A DNA stretch of 64,000 nucleotides from an uncultured Anaerolineales bacterium (GTDB lineage Bacteria; Chloroflexota; Anaerolineae; B4-G1): the NCBI GenBank assembly GCA_964450435.1, contig CAYVCX010000007.1, forward strand, positions 13,216 through 77,215, given 5' to 3'. The position numbers and the translations under genes are program-made. Below, in pieces: positions 9,719 to 19,520 of this stretch (its first letter is position 1; each line of letters begins with the position of its first letter). A model generated the notes under the pieces. That model made no database searches and was not told where the DNA came from. It saw only the letters and a list, made by a program, of their open reading frames with translations.

Positions 9719-10029
9719 GAAGAATTATAGCGGGAAGCAGCCCGATGCGCCAGGTGGGTGGGCAGTAACCCTCGGCTGATGAGTAGCGGCCTGAACGCTC
9801 TGGGATCCTTGTGCAAGGTCGCGGGCCGGTCCCGCGTCAGGCGACAATCGGCTCCCGGGCTGAGTGCAGCAGGTTCGATCCGTGGCCTCAATCTGACCGT
9901 GCAGAGCCAGGCCGACGAGGGAGGCGTGCCAAGCCGGCACCGCAGAAGCATCGGGACACGAGAAGGAGATGGCCGACGGTCGCGCACAGCGGGTCACGGC
10001 GTCGGCCCTCACCTGGTACTATCTTCTCA

Positions 10030-10058
10030 TTGACCCCCATTCTCCAAAATCTTATAAT
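10030..10058 (+). promoter_or_regulatory. Promoter TTGACC-17-TATAAT for the HTH/histidine-kinase operon
   Basis: TTGACC cccattctccaaaatct TATAAT in the only AT-rich patch of this spacer, 75 nt upstream of the ATG at 10134. Confidence 0.7.
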
Positions 10059-10133
10059 ACTCAAAATTCTCGGAGATCATCCAACCTCGCGACCTGTGCA
10101 GCTGCTGGAGGGTTGAACTTCCAAGGCGAGTAT

Positions 10134-10850
10134 ATGCCCAACGACAGACCACTGACCACCGGACAAGCCGCCGAGTACTGCCACGTCTCGCAGGCGACTG
10201 TCATCAACTGGATCAAGAACGGCACGCTTCACGCGTACACCACCCCCGGAGGGCATCACCGGATCCCGCAGTCGGACCTAGTGACGTTCCTCGAAGCCCA
10301 CGATATGCCGATCGCCCCCGCGTTGAAGGAGCGGAACGCGCCGAGGCTGCTACTGGTCAGCGACAGGCCCCAGATGAAATCCCTCGGGCAGGCCCTGGCA
10401 GAAAGCAACGAGTTGGAGGTTTCGGTGGTGGGGAGCGACTACGAAGCGAGCGCCGAAGCGGTCCGTTTCGCGCCGGACGTAGTGATCATCGATGGAGCAA
10501 CTTCCTCAGACCCGGCGGGACTGGGCCGATGGATTCAGGAGTCATTCGGGGACGCGAGCCTCCTCGTGTATGACAGCCCCGACGGAGAGAAGGGTGGCAC
10601 CGTCACTATGACACCTGAGGACCTGGCGAGTCTGGAGGCGCGGCTGAAGGCACTGCTGGAGTCGGCGGGGACACGACCCGGATCGCGGTTAGAAGGCAGG
10701 GGATACGGCTCCGAAACCAGCCGGAGCAGGGTCCAGGGCAGAGCAGCCGGCGCAGTCGGATCGCGGGACCGAGTGGAGACAGAGCGAGGGAGCGGGGAAC
10801 GCCCACGGGGCGGTCGCACCAGGGCGGCCCGGGGGAGGGGCGAGAGATGA
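10134..10850 (+). CDS. Excisionase/MerR-type HTH DNA-binding protein with a divergent receiver-like domain and an Arg/Gly-rich tail
   Basis: MPNDRPLTTGQAAEYCHVSQATVINWIKNGTLHAYTTPGGHHRI (HTH_17/excisionase motif), then RLLLVSD...PDVVIIDG (REC-like). I chose the internal ATG at 10134 because it follows the promoter and a GGCGAG RBS. ATGA overlap with the kinase gene. Confidence 0.8.
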   Translation: MPNDRPLTTGQAAEYCHVSQATVINWIKNGTLHAYTTPGGHHRIPQSDLVTFLEAHDMPIAPALKERNAPRLLLVSDRPQMKSLGQALAESNELEVSVVGSDYEASAEAVRFAPDVVIIDGATSSDPAGLGRWIQESFGDASLLVYDSPDGEKGGTVTMTPEDLASLEARLKALLESAGTRPGSRLEGRGYGSETSRSRVQGRAAGAVGSRDRVETERGSGERPRGGRTRAARGRGER

Positions 10851-13800
10851 GAGAGCCCTCGGGTGTCGGTCTCTTCCACAGGGCAGGCAGGGCAACCACC
10901 CTGGTCCTGGCGGCGTGGCTTGCCTGCGGGATAGCCGTCGTCCCGCTCCGTCGGGTTGTCGGACCGGCGGCGGCAGCGCTGGCAACCTTGCCCATCCTCG
11001 TCACTGCCTGGACCTTCGGAACAGCAGGCGGTGTCATAGCCGGTGCGCTGGCCTTCCCGGCGTGCGTCTGGCTGATGACCCTGACTGGTGAGTCGGCTAC
11101 CTCCACGTTGGATGCCGGGGGACTGGCAGGCTGGGGCATCCTCTTGCTAGGGGGGGCGGTCGTCGGCCGGATCCGTGGCCTGCAGTCACAGATAGAAAAG
11201 TCCCGTGCAGAACGGGAAGATGTCGAGGAGGCACTAGGCCAGGAAATCGCGCGTGAGCGAAGGGTCACCCGGACCTTGCTGGAGACGGCGGAGATCCTGA
11301 GCACGACACTGCGGTTCGACGGGGTCCTGGAACGAGTTCTGGACCAATTCCATCAAGTGATACCGTACGACACAGCATCGGTGTTCCTGATTCACGGCGA
11401 ACAGTGTCAGATCGCAGCATGCCGCGGGCCAGATCGCGCAGCGCGCTGGCAGATCTCGACCCTGGAGGACGTCCCTCACATACAGCAGGTGGTGGAGGCA
11501 CGACACCCGGTGGTGCTCACAGACGTTGGCGGAGAACCAGGTACGCACATGCCGGACGATCTGATGGGGGTTCGGTCCTGGATGGGAGTGCCTGTAATAG
11601 CCCAGGACAGCGTGATAGGGGTACTCACGATGCGATCCCGCTGTGGCGCGATCGACGAGGAGACGGAACGATTGGCATCGGCTCTTGCACAGCAGGCCGG
11701 GATGGCCCTCGAGAACTCGCGCCTCTACGAACAGATGCGGGCTCAGCTACGGGACGGCACCATCCTGCAGGAGGTGACCGCGGCGATATCCTCGACGCTG
11801 GACGCGGATAAGGTACTGAGCTACGTGGCGCACAGCTTGTGTGAAATACTCCAAGCCACGAGCGTGGAGATTTTCGGCGTCGAGGAAGGCGGTGAGGTTG
11901 CCGCGGCGATCACCAGCTACGCCAGCGAGCGTGCGACGGAGGCAGAGCGGGGGCTCGAGCCAGGGCGGAGGGAGCGGTTGGATTCGATACCAGGGGCAAC
12001 AGACGCTCTGGAGCGGCAGCAGCCCGTGCAGATGAGGAGAGGCGACCCGCACCTGGATGCGGGTACCAGGGCCAGGCTTGAGGAGCAGAACGCGGCAGCG
12101 CTGCTCCTGCTGCCGATGGTGATCCAGAACCGCGCCCTGGGATTCGCGCGGGTGTGGGACAGCGGAACGGCCCGCGGATTCAGCCGCCGCCAGATTACCG
12201 CAGGTCGGACTCTGGCCCATCAGACTGCGATCGCGATGGACAACGCGCGTCTGTTCGAACAGACGAAGGCTGCCTTGCTGGAGACCCGGGCTCTCTACCG
12301 CACGAGTTCTTCGCTCATCACCCAAAAGAACGTGGAGGACATACTCCAGACACTGGTCGACGAGGTGGTCGAAGCTCTGGCGGCCGACGGGGCCACGGTG
12401 GTGACCATGGACGTGGAAGCTAGCCGAGTGAAAAGCTTCGTGGCAGGAGGGCCCGGTTCTGATCAGGTTGTAGCCGTGTCGTTCAACGAACTCTGGAACG
12501 GGTTGACGGGCTGGGCGCTGCGAGAGCGGAAACCAGCCTTATCGCCAAAGGGACAGCCGGACCCCCGGGAGGACAAGCGGGCGCAGAAGCGCCGCAAGGA
12601 GGCCAACTGCGGATCGATCATCGTGGCACCGCTCGTCTATCGAGACAAGCCGCTGGGGACGATGACGGTGATGAACCGACCCGACCAGCGCGATTTCACA
12701 GAGAAAGACGTGGAGCTGATGATGGCATTTGCCAATCAGGCCGCCGCGGCCCTGGAGAACTCCCGTCTCATCGACGAGACTCAGCACAGGGCAAACCGGC
12801 TTGCCGGCGCAGCGGAGGTTGCCCGTCACGCCACGGCGATAACGGATCGAGAACAGCTCCTAGAGGTGGTCGTCGACCTGATTCGAGAGCAGTTCGGCTT
12901 CCGATTGGCCAGCGTGTTCCTCGTCGACGAGGCGAGGGAGGAGCTGTACCCGGTTGCGGCGACGGAGGGTTTCTGGGAGGTGATCCCTGACGGCTACCGG
13001 CAGTCGATAGGCTGGGGAGCCATGGGCAAGGCAGCTGAGAGCGGGAAGCCCGTGCTGATCACGGATGTCAGCGAGAGTACGGTGGCGCGCCGGGTCGGTG
13101 ACTGGCTCTCGCCTTCGTCTTTGTCGGTGCCGATCCAGATGGGCGGAGAAGTCCTGGGCGTGCTAGAGGTGGAGGGCGACACAGTCAGCGCGTTTGACGA
13201 GAACGATCAACTGGCGCTGGAGATCATCGCCGATCAGATTGCGATCGCGTACCAAAACGCGGAGCTGTTGAGTGAGACGCGGTCACGGGTAACAGACCTT
13301 CAGCTGCTCCACGACGTGAGCCTGGCAGCGGCTTCAAGCAGCCACGTACAGGAGACGCTGCAGGCCGCCGTCGAAGCCCTGGCCGCTGCTTGGACAGAGA
13401 CACAGATCGCGATCCAACTGATCGACAAAGAGAGCGGTATGCTGCGGACGAAGGCAAGCGTAGGATACCCGGCGAAACGGGCTGAGGACATGGATCTGCC
13501 ACTGGGCGCAGGAATCACGGGGTGGGTCGCCGAGCACGGCGGGCCAGTTCTGTCACCGAACGTGCGGGAGGATCGGCGGTACTACGAGGTGAATCGCGCG
13601 ACCCAATCTGAGCTGTGTGTACCGCTGAGCGCCGGGAGCGGGATTATCGGCACGCTGAACGTGGAGAGTGCTGAGATTGACGCGTTTTCGCTCGACGACC
13701 AACGGCTGCTAACCACCCTGGCAAGCAATCTGGCGATGTTGATCGAGCGCGCACGCCTATTTGAGGAGATTGAGGAGGCCCGAGGGGAGCTTGAGAGCCG

Positions 13801-15118
13801 CGCCGAAGCGCTGGAAGCTGCAAACGCCCGTCTCCAGGAGCTGGACCGGCTCAAGAGCGAGTTCCTGGCAACTATGAGCCACGAACTCCGCACACCGCTC
13901 AACTCGGTGATCGGTTTCTCCGAGGTGCTTATGGACGGGCTGCTGGGCGAGATGCCACCCGACCAGCAAGAATGCGTGGAGAGCATCTACACGAGCGGCG
14001 AGCACTTGTTGGCTTTGATCAACGACGTGCTGGACCTGTCGAAGATCGAGGCAGGGCACATGGAGCTGGCTGTGGAGCCCGTGGACGTGAGAGAGCTGGT
14101 TGAGGATGTGAAGAAGACAGTCCGAGCGATGGTGGAGGAGAAATCGCAGACGTTTGCCGTGGAGCTGGAGGACGGTTTGCCCCCCCTCAGGGCGGACCGC
14201 GTCCGTCTGCGGCAGGTACTGCTCAACTTGCTGAGCAACGCGCACAAATTCACGTCTGAGAAGGGCGAGATCACACTCTCCTGCAGGCTGGCCGATAAAG
14301 CCACGATGGCGTTCTCGGTGACCGACACCGGGATGGGCATCAAGCCTGAGGATCAGGCGATTATCTTCGACGAATTTCGGCAGGCAAGCGGGTCGGCCGG
14401 GCGCGAGGTGGAAGGGACCGGGCTGGGCCTGGCGATCAGCAAGCATCTGGTGGAGATGCACGACGGGAGCATCTGGCTGGAGAGCGAGTATGGAGCAGGG
14501 GCGACGTTCTCCTTCCTCGTACCGCTGGCCGGGCCATCAGCCGACACGGACGGAGCAAGGGACGCGAAGACAATTGCGCCTTCTGCAGCAGTGCTGGTGA
14601 TTGAGGACGATCGGGCGTTCAACAACCTGCTGGCCGTCTACCTGCGTCAGGGGGGCTTCCATCCTGTCCAATACTATGACAACACGGACGTGTTACCCGC
14701 AGCCCGGGAGTGGAGCCCTACGTTGATTGTCCTCGAGATCAGGATGGCCGAAAGGAGCGCTTGGGAGAACCTGCGACAGCTCAAATCGGACCCTGATACC
14801 AGGGACATCCCGGTGCTGCTCATCTCAGCGCTGGCGGACGGCCAGAAGGCGCTGGTGCTGGGCGCTGCGGAGCAAGTGACGAAAGGGAGCGCGCAAGGGG
14901 ACAGCCTGGACGAGTTTGAGGGCTTCGAGGGGGATCTGGTCGAGGATGCGGACGGTCTGATCTCCGTACCAGGCAGCGCGGGGAGAGGCACTCTCTGCGC
15001 ATCTGTCCTCAGGCACGAGACGTCTCAGGATCTGGAGGAAAATCCGCAGGAGGAGAGGGTGCTGGCCCCAGGGGATCTGGTGCAGGACGTGCGCCGCCTG
15101 GTACTGACCGGGCGGTGA
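10847..15118 (+). CDS. Multi-GAF hybrid sensor histidine kinase (N-terminal TM segments, ~5 GAF domains, HisKA, HATPase_c, C-terminal receiver-like domain)
   Basis: LKSEFLATMSHELRTPLNSVIGFSEVL (H box), N/G boxes (LLSNAHKF, DTGMGI, GTGLGLAISK), repeated ...ENSRLYE/ENSRLIDE/QNAELL GAF ends, and the receiver VLVIEDD...LIVLEIRM...LLISAL...VTKG. Confidence 0.93.
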   Translation: MREPSGVGLFHRAGRATTLVLAAWLACGIAVVPLRRVVGPAAAALATLPILVTAWTFGTAGGVIAGALAFPACVWLMTLTGESATSTLDAGGLAGWGILLLGGAVVGRIRGLQSQIEKSRAEREDVEEALGQEIARERRVTRTLLETAEILSTTLRFDGVLERVLDQFHQVIPYDTASVFLIHGEQCQIAACRGPDRAARWQISTLEDVPHIQQVVEARHPVVLTDVGGEPGTHMPDDLMGVRSWMGVPVIAQDSVIGVLTMRSRCGAIDEETERLASALAQQAGMALENSRLYEQMRAQLRDGTILQEVTAAISSTLDADKVLSYVAHSLCEILQATSVEIFGVEEGGEVAAAITSYASERATEAERGLEPGRRERLDSIPGATDALERQQPVQMRRGDPHLDAGTRARLEEQNAAALLLLPMVIQNRALGFARVWDSGTARGFSRRQITAGRTLAHQTAIAMDNARLFEQTKAALLETRALYRTSSSLITQKNVEDILQTLVDEVVEALAADGATVVTMDVEASRVKSFVAGGPGSDQVVAVSFNELWNGLTGWALRERKPALSPKGQPDPREDKRAQKRRKEANCGSIIVAPLVYRDKPLGTMTVMNRPDQRDFTEKDVELMMAFANQAAAALENSRLIDETQHRANRLAGAAEVARHATAITDREQLLEVVVDLIREQFGFRLASVFLVDEAREELYPVAATEGFWEVIPDGYRQSIGWGAMGKAAESGKPVLITDVSESTVARRVGDWLSPSSLSVPIQMGGEVLGVLEVEGDTVSAFDENDQLALEIIADQIAIAYQNAELLSETRSRVTDLQLLHDVSLAAASSSHVQETLQAAVEALAAAWTETQIAIQLIDKESGMLRTKASVGYPAKRAEDMDLPLGAGITGWVAEHGGPVLSPNVREDRRYYEVNRATQSELCVPLSAGSGIIGTLNVESAEIDAFSLDDQRLLTTLASNLAMLIERARLFEEIEEARGELESRAEALEAANARLQELDRLKSEFLATMSHELRTPLNSVIGFSEVLMDGLLGEMPPDQQECVESIYTSGEHLLALINDVLDLSKIEAGHMELAVEPVDVRELVEDVKKTVRAMVEEKSQTFAVELEDGLPPLRADRVRLRQVLLNLLSNAHKFTSEKGEITLSCRLADKATMAFSVTDTGMGIKPEDQAIIFDEFRQASGSAGREVEGTGLGLAISKHLVEMHDGSIWLESEYGAGATFSFLVPLAGPSADTDGARDAKTIAPSAAVLVIEDDRAFNNLLAVYLRQGGFHPVQYYDNTDVLPAAREWSPTLIVLEIRMAERSAWENLRQLKSDPDTRDIPVLLISALADGQKALVLGAAEQVTKGSAQGDSLDEFEGFEGDLVEDADGLISVPGSAGRGTLCASVLRHETSQDLEENPQEERVLAPGDLVQDVRRLVLTGR

Positions 15119-15371
15119 GCAAGTGGCGGATGTCGGACTTGACAGACCTGGCGCACGTGAGCGGCCTGACCTGGACAGAAGTAGGGGTGCGAGGTGACGA
15201 AGGGCTGGTCGTCAGGGAATGGGAGGCGCATTCGCAACAGGGGAGCGCTTGGCGACGAACGGTGCGAGACTCGGGCCGACGTTGCGTGAGGGACAGCGGT
15301 AAGGGCGGCCCGCCTGCTCCCCGCACGCGGAGGGTTTGACGAGACCTTCGCGAGATGACAGAGACGCGGAC

Positions 15372-16292
15372 CTAGCGGGGGTCGGGCTCCACATGCACGA
15401 AAGCGAGATCGACGCTGGACAAGGCCTCAACCCGGGCTTCTACGCGCTCCCCGATGGCGTGCGCCTCGCGAAGGGTGATCTCAGCGTCGACGTCGATGTG
15501 CATATCGACACGCAGCTCCGGGCCGACGTGGTCGGCGATGACCTGATGGACGTCCAGAACCCCGGGCACGGAGGATGCCGCAGCAACGATATCCGCCGTC
15601 ACCTGCGCCGACGCGCCACGTCCGGTGAGGTAGCCCAGGTTCTCGCGGACGATGTCCCAGATGGCGCGCAGGATCCAAAGTGCCACGACGATCCCGGCGA
15701 GGGGGTCGAGAAGCGGGTGGAAGAGATTAGAACCGATCACGCCCACGAGGGCGGCCGCTGAGGCAAGGACATCAGCCAGGTTATCACGAGCACTGGCGCG
15801 GAGGGCGGGGCTGTCGGCCCTCTTGCCGGCGTCCAGGACGAGGTGGTACATCACGACCTTCAACAGCGCGCCGCCCAGTAAGACGACGATGGCCCAACGT
15901 GGTGGTACAGCCGCGGCCTGGACTCGCAGGCGCTCAACAGCCTCTCTGACGGCAGCGTATCCGGCCAACGCCATGACGACACCAATGAGCAGGCTGACCA
16001 GCGGTTCGAAGCGGCTATGGCCCTGGGGATGGTCTCGGTCAGCCGGCTGCCGTGCGAGGTAGAGGCCGAGAGCCATGAAGAGGCTATAGAGCGTGTCGGA
16101 GAGGGAATTGGCGGCATCGGACAGCACGGCGCTACTGCCCGAGACCCACGCGACACCCCCTTTAGAGACAGCCAGGAAGAGGTTGCCGGCGACGGCGATC
16201 AGGACGGCGCGGCGGTAGAGACGCTGTCTCAGTTCGTCGCGCTGCTCGCGGCGCACGCTCCTCACTTCGTCAGGCAGTTGGTCGGTCGACAT
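15372..16292 (-). CDS. Cation diffusion facilitator (CDF) family metal efflux transporter
   Basis: SSAVLSDAANSLSDTLYS...DRDHPQGHSRFEPL...HVGPELRVDMHIDVD are typical CDF TM and C-terminal domain motifs. Confidence 0.9.
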   Translation of the reverse strand: MSTDQLPDEVRSVRREQRDELRQRLYRRAVLIAVAGNLFLAVSKGGVAWVSGSSAVLSDAANSLSDTLYSLFMALGLYLARQPADRDHPQGHSRFEPLVSLLIGVVMALAGYAAVREAVERLRVQAAAVPPRWAIVVLLGGALLKVVMYHLVLDAGKRADSPALRASARDNLADVLASAAALVGVIGSNLFHPLLDPLAGIVVALWILRAIWDIVRENLGYLTGRGASAQVTADIVAAASSVPGVLDVHQVIADHVGPELRVDMHIDVDAEITLREAHAIGERVEARVEALSSVDLAFVHVEPDPR

Positions 16293-16363
16293 GGGTCATC
16301 GCAGACTCGGGTAGCGAGGAGCCAAGCGGATCGAGGATGGACGCTGCACCTCGCGACGCCCCG

Positions 16364-16392
16364 ATCATAGCACGTCCAACCCGCTTGGACAA
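16364..16392 (-). promoter_or_regulatory. CDF promoter TTGTCC-17-(TGc)TATGAT
   Basis: Minus strand reads TTGTCC aagcgggttggacgtgc TATGAT, about 70 nt upstream of the ATG at 16292. Confidence 0.55.
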
Positions 16393-16431
16393 CTCATCTC
16401 CCTTCCGCAAACAGAGAACCGACCCTTCGGC

Positions 16432-16452
16432 ACTATGTCTCGTACGCATAGT
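16432..16452. promoter_or_regulatory. Inverted repeat ACTATG-N9-CATAGT between the divergent CDF and maf promoters (possible operator)
   Basis: Read directly; 6-bp arms with a 9-nt spacer. Confidence 0.3.
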
Positions 16453-16529
16453 CTCCCTGTACGCCCAAACACCTGATAACGATGGGTTGGCCCGTACACC
16501 TTGACGTCCTACCGCGTTGCAGTGTTGTG

Positions 16530-16538
16530 TGCTACAAT
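16530..16538 (+). promoter_or_regulatory. Extended -10 TGcTACAAT; the maf ATG follows 10 nt later (near-leaderless)
   Basis: tgTGcTACAAT aacaggtgag ATG. There is no good -35. Confidence 0.45.
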
Positions 16539-16548
16539 AACAGGTGAG

Positions 16549-17217
16549 ATGGATGAATTCGACCTGATCTTGGCTTCGCAATCCCCTCGCCGCCGCGAAC
16601 TCCTGAAGCTGTTGGGCTTGCCCTTCGGGGTGACGGCGTCCGACGTACCGGAGGCCCACGAGGCCGACGAGACCCCAGCCGAGCTGGTGACCCGACTGAG
16701 CCGCGCGAAGGCGCGGGACGTCGAGCTAGACGGACGGCACCGGGCGCTGGTGATCGCCTGCGATACGGTTGTCGCGCTGGACGAGGGCCGCGGAGAGGCC
16801 GAGATTCTGGGCAAGCCGCGAGACGGAGAGGAGGCAACGGCCATGCTCCAGTCCCTGCGCGGGCGGTCTCACATCGTGTACAGCGCTGTGACGGTGTGGA
16901 ACCCAGCCCGGGGAGAGACGACGGATCTGGTGGAGACCCGGCTGACGATGCGGCCCTACAGCGAAGACGAGATCAAGCCCTATGTGGCGAGTGGAGACCC
17001 GCTGGATAAGGCCGGTGCCTACGCGATCCAACACGAAGGCTTCGACCCGGTAGATGATATTGAGGGCTGCTACGCAAGCGTGATGGGACTGCCGCTGTGC
17101 CATCTGGCGCGCCGCCTGCGCCACTGGGGAGTTGAGGCCAGCGCCCACGTGCCGACGGCCTGCCAGGCCTACACAGGCAACCGCTGCGCCATTTACCGGG
17201 AGATCATACGATCCTGA
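16549..17217 (+). CDS. maf: Maf-like nucleoside triphosphate pyrophosphatase with a Cys-containing C-terminal extension
   Basis: MDEFDLILASQSPRRRELLKLLGLPF...ACDTVV...GAYAIQ. Start chosen at the internal ATG matching the Maf N-terminus. Confidence 0.9.
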   Translation: MDEFDLILASQSPRRRELLKLLGLPFGVTASDVPEAHEADETPAELVTRLSRAKARDVELDGRHRALVIACDTVVALDEGRGEAEILGKPRDGEEATAMLQSLRGRSHIVYSAVTVWNPARGETTDLVETRLTMRPYSEDEIKPYVASGDPLDKAGAYAIQHEGFDPVDDIEGCYASVMGLPLCHLARRLRHWGVEASAHVPTACQAYTGNRCAIYREIIRS

Positions 17218-19436
17218 TGACCTGGCTGAGACACCCGCCCAAGTCCCAAGCCCGCCGGTTGGTGAGTGTGGGGATGACCTTGGTCGTCCTGACGGCGGCC
17301 TGCGGTGCCTTCCCGGCCCCACAGGTATCGCCCCAGTCGACGGTGACGCCGGCCGACGACCCAACGGCAATACCGGCGTCCGCTTCACCGGAGGCGACCG
17401 CCGCCGCGTTCCTGGGAAGCTGGGAGGCCGGTGAGTACCCGACGATGTACGCCCTGCTCTCGCCAGCAAGCCAGGCCACGATCAGTGGAGGGGCGTTCGC
17501 GCAGCGATACCGGGACGCGCTGTCCAGTGCCTCGGTGATCACGGTCACCACGCACCTGAAGTCAGTACTACGCGAAGGCGAACAGGCCAGCGTTGAGTTC
17601 GACGTGACGCTGGGGACAGCGCTCTTCGGAACGCTGACGACAGACAACAGCATGCCACTGCGCCTACACGGCCGTACGTGGCGAGTCGAGTGGGATGCCG
17701 GGCTGATCTGGCCCCAACTGGCCGGAGGCCAGTATTTCCGCACCAACCATCGAATTCCGGTGCGGGCAAACGTGTACGACAGAGATGGCCTGGGCCTGGC
17801 GACGCAAGGGAAGATTGTGACCATCGGCGTGATCCCGGGCCAGATCACCGACGAGCCCGCCCTGCTGGAGATCCTGGCGTCGGTGACGGGTCTTTCGGCC
17901 GACGTCATCAAAGCTCGGTACGCCTCGGCCAATCCAGACTGGAAGGTACCCATTGCCGACATACCGGCGGAGGTGAGCGTTGACCAAAACGAAGCGCTAG
18001 CCTCGCTGTCAGGGGTGTACCGCGAGGAGAAGCAGGGACGGACGTATCCCCACGGAGAAGCGACAGGCCACGTAGCGGGTTGGGTGGCACCCGTGCCAGC
18101 AGAGGAATTGACAGCTTACCAGAGGCGGGGGTACCGCGGCGACGAGATGGTGGGCGTGGCGGGGCTGGAGGGCTGGGGTGAGGAGATCCTAGCGGGGCAG
18201 CACGGAGGTACTCTCTTCGTGGTGACGGCAGCCGGCGAGGCGGTGGCCGAACTGAGCCAACGGGACGCGGTGTCGGGCCGCTCCATCTATACGACACTGG
18301 ATCGTGACTTCCAGGAAAAGGTGCAGCAGATTCTGGGGGACCGGGAGGGGGCCATCGCCGTACTCGACGTTCACAGCGGCGCGATACGCGCCCTCGTCAG
18401 CGGTCCCGGTTTCGATCCCAACGTCCTGGTGGGGCCGGTGGCGGCCGAGGCCCGTTCCCAGGTCCTGACCGATCCGCGGCATCCATTGTTCAACCGCGCC
18501 ACGCAGGGTACGTACCCGACCGGATCGGTGTTCAAGATCGTGACGATGTCGGCGGGGATGGAAGCCGGCGGCCTGGATCCGGTGGGATCGACGTTTCACT
18601 GCCCAGGCTACTGGGACGGTCTGGGGGTGGGCGCGCGGAAGTACTGCTGGAAGGCAGCGGGTCACGGGCAGATCACGCTGCAAGACGGGCTCACAGCCTC
18701 CTGCAACGTCACGTTCTACAACGTGGGCAAGACGCTGCACGAGCTGGATCCGGAGATTCTGCCTCAGTTCGGAATTGCGTTTGGCCTCGGCGAACCCACC
18801 GGACTGGTAGGCCTGGTGGAGGAGACGGGGCTGATGCCAGGACCGGAATGGAAGAGGACGGCCCTGGACGAACTGTGGTACCCGGGGGACACGGTCAATC
18901 TGGCCATCGGCCAGGGGTATATGCGGGCCACGCCGCTGCAGGTGGCGCGGATAATGAGCGCCGTCGCCAACGGTGGGACGTTGTATCGCCCCTTCATAGT
19001 CAAGCGCATCGAGGGGAACGAACAGTATGAGGAGGAGGTGACGGAACCAGAGGCCGTGGGCACGCTTCCGGTGAGCGACGAGCGCTTGGCAGCGGTGCAG
19101 GAAGGGCTGCTGGGTGTGACGTCCTCGACCACCCTCGGCACAGCGAGCCATCGGTTCAGCGGCCTGGAGATTCCCGTGGCCGGCAAGACCGGCACGGCGG
19201 AGGCAGGAGCTCCAGGGGCAAGGCCGCACTCGTGGTTCGCGGCCTACGCGCCGGCCGACGACCCGGAGATCGCGCTGGCGGTGGTGGTGGAGAACGCGGG
19301 GGAGGGATCGACGGTGGCGGCACCGCTGGCGCGCCAGGTGATCGAGGCCTACTACGGGCTGCCACTCTCCGAGCTTCCGGCCGAGGCCGAAGTGGACTAC
19401 GTCCCGCCCACGCCGACGCCCACGGCGGAGCCATAG
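17217..19436 (+). CDS. Penicillin-binding protein 2-type transpeptidase with an NTF2-like N-terminal domain
   Basis: SxxK (GSVFKIVT), SxN (TASCNVT) and KTG (AGKTGTAE) motifs, plus an N-terminal membrane anchor. Confidence 0.92.
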   Translation: MTWLRHPPKSQARRLVSVGMTLVVLTAACGAFPAPQVSPQSTVTPADDPTAIPASASPEATAAAFLGSWEAGEYPTMYALLSPASQATISGGAFAQRYRDALSSASVITVTTHLKSVLREGEQASVEFDVTLGTALFGTLTTDNSMPLRLHGRTWRVEWDAGLIWPQLAGGQYFRTNHRIPVRANVYDRDGLGLATQGKIVTIGVIPGQITDEPALLEILASVTGLSADVIKARYASANPDWKVPIADIPAEVSVDQNEALASLSGVYREEKQGRTYPHGEATGHVAGWVAPVPAEELTAYQRRGYRGDEMVGVAGLEGWGEEILAGQHGGTLFVVTAAGEAVAELSQRDAVSGRSIYTTLDRDFQEKVQQILGDREGAIAVLDVHSGAIRALVSGPGFDPNVLVGPVAAEARSQVLTDPRHPLFNRATQGTYPTGSVFKIVTMSAGMEAGGLDPVGSTFHCPGYWDGLGVGARKYCWKAAGHGQITLQDGLTASCNVTFYNVGKTLHELDPEILPQFGIAFGLGEPTGLVGLVEETGLMPGPEWKRTALDELWYPGDTVNLAIGQGYMRATPLQVARIMSAVANGGTLYRPFIVKRIEGNEQYEEEVTEPEAVGTLPVSDERLAAVQEGLLGVTSSTTLGTASHRFSGLEIPVAGKTGTAEAGAPGARPHSWFAAYAPADDPEIALAVVVENAGEGSTVAAPLARQVIEAYYGLPLSELPAEAEVDYVPPTPTPTAEP

Positions 19437-19459
19437 CGCCCGATCAGCGCTCGCACGGT

Positions 19460-19492
19460 CTGCACATCTGGGCGGAGCACGCCCAAGTGCAG
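19460..19492. terminator. GC-rich compound hairpin between convergent genes (possible bidirectional terminator, no U-tract)
   Basis: CTGCAC atct GGGCG gagca CGCCC aa GTGCAG. Confidence 0.35.
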
Positions 19493-19520
19493 CACAAGCC
19501 GAGGTTACGGCCAGACGCGT

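Noticed and set aside
9776-9783. CUGAUGAG word suggestive of a hammerhead ribozyme core
   Set aside because: A short stem II can be drawn (AGCG/CGCT), but it is not followed by the obligatory GAAA. No stem I/III or cleavage-site context exists either.
9866-9890. GGTTCGATCC, a tRNA/tmRNA T-loop-like word
   Set aside because: The flanking bases pair at only 3 of 5 T-stem positions, and no acceptor, D or anticodon arms can be built.
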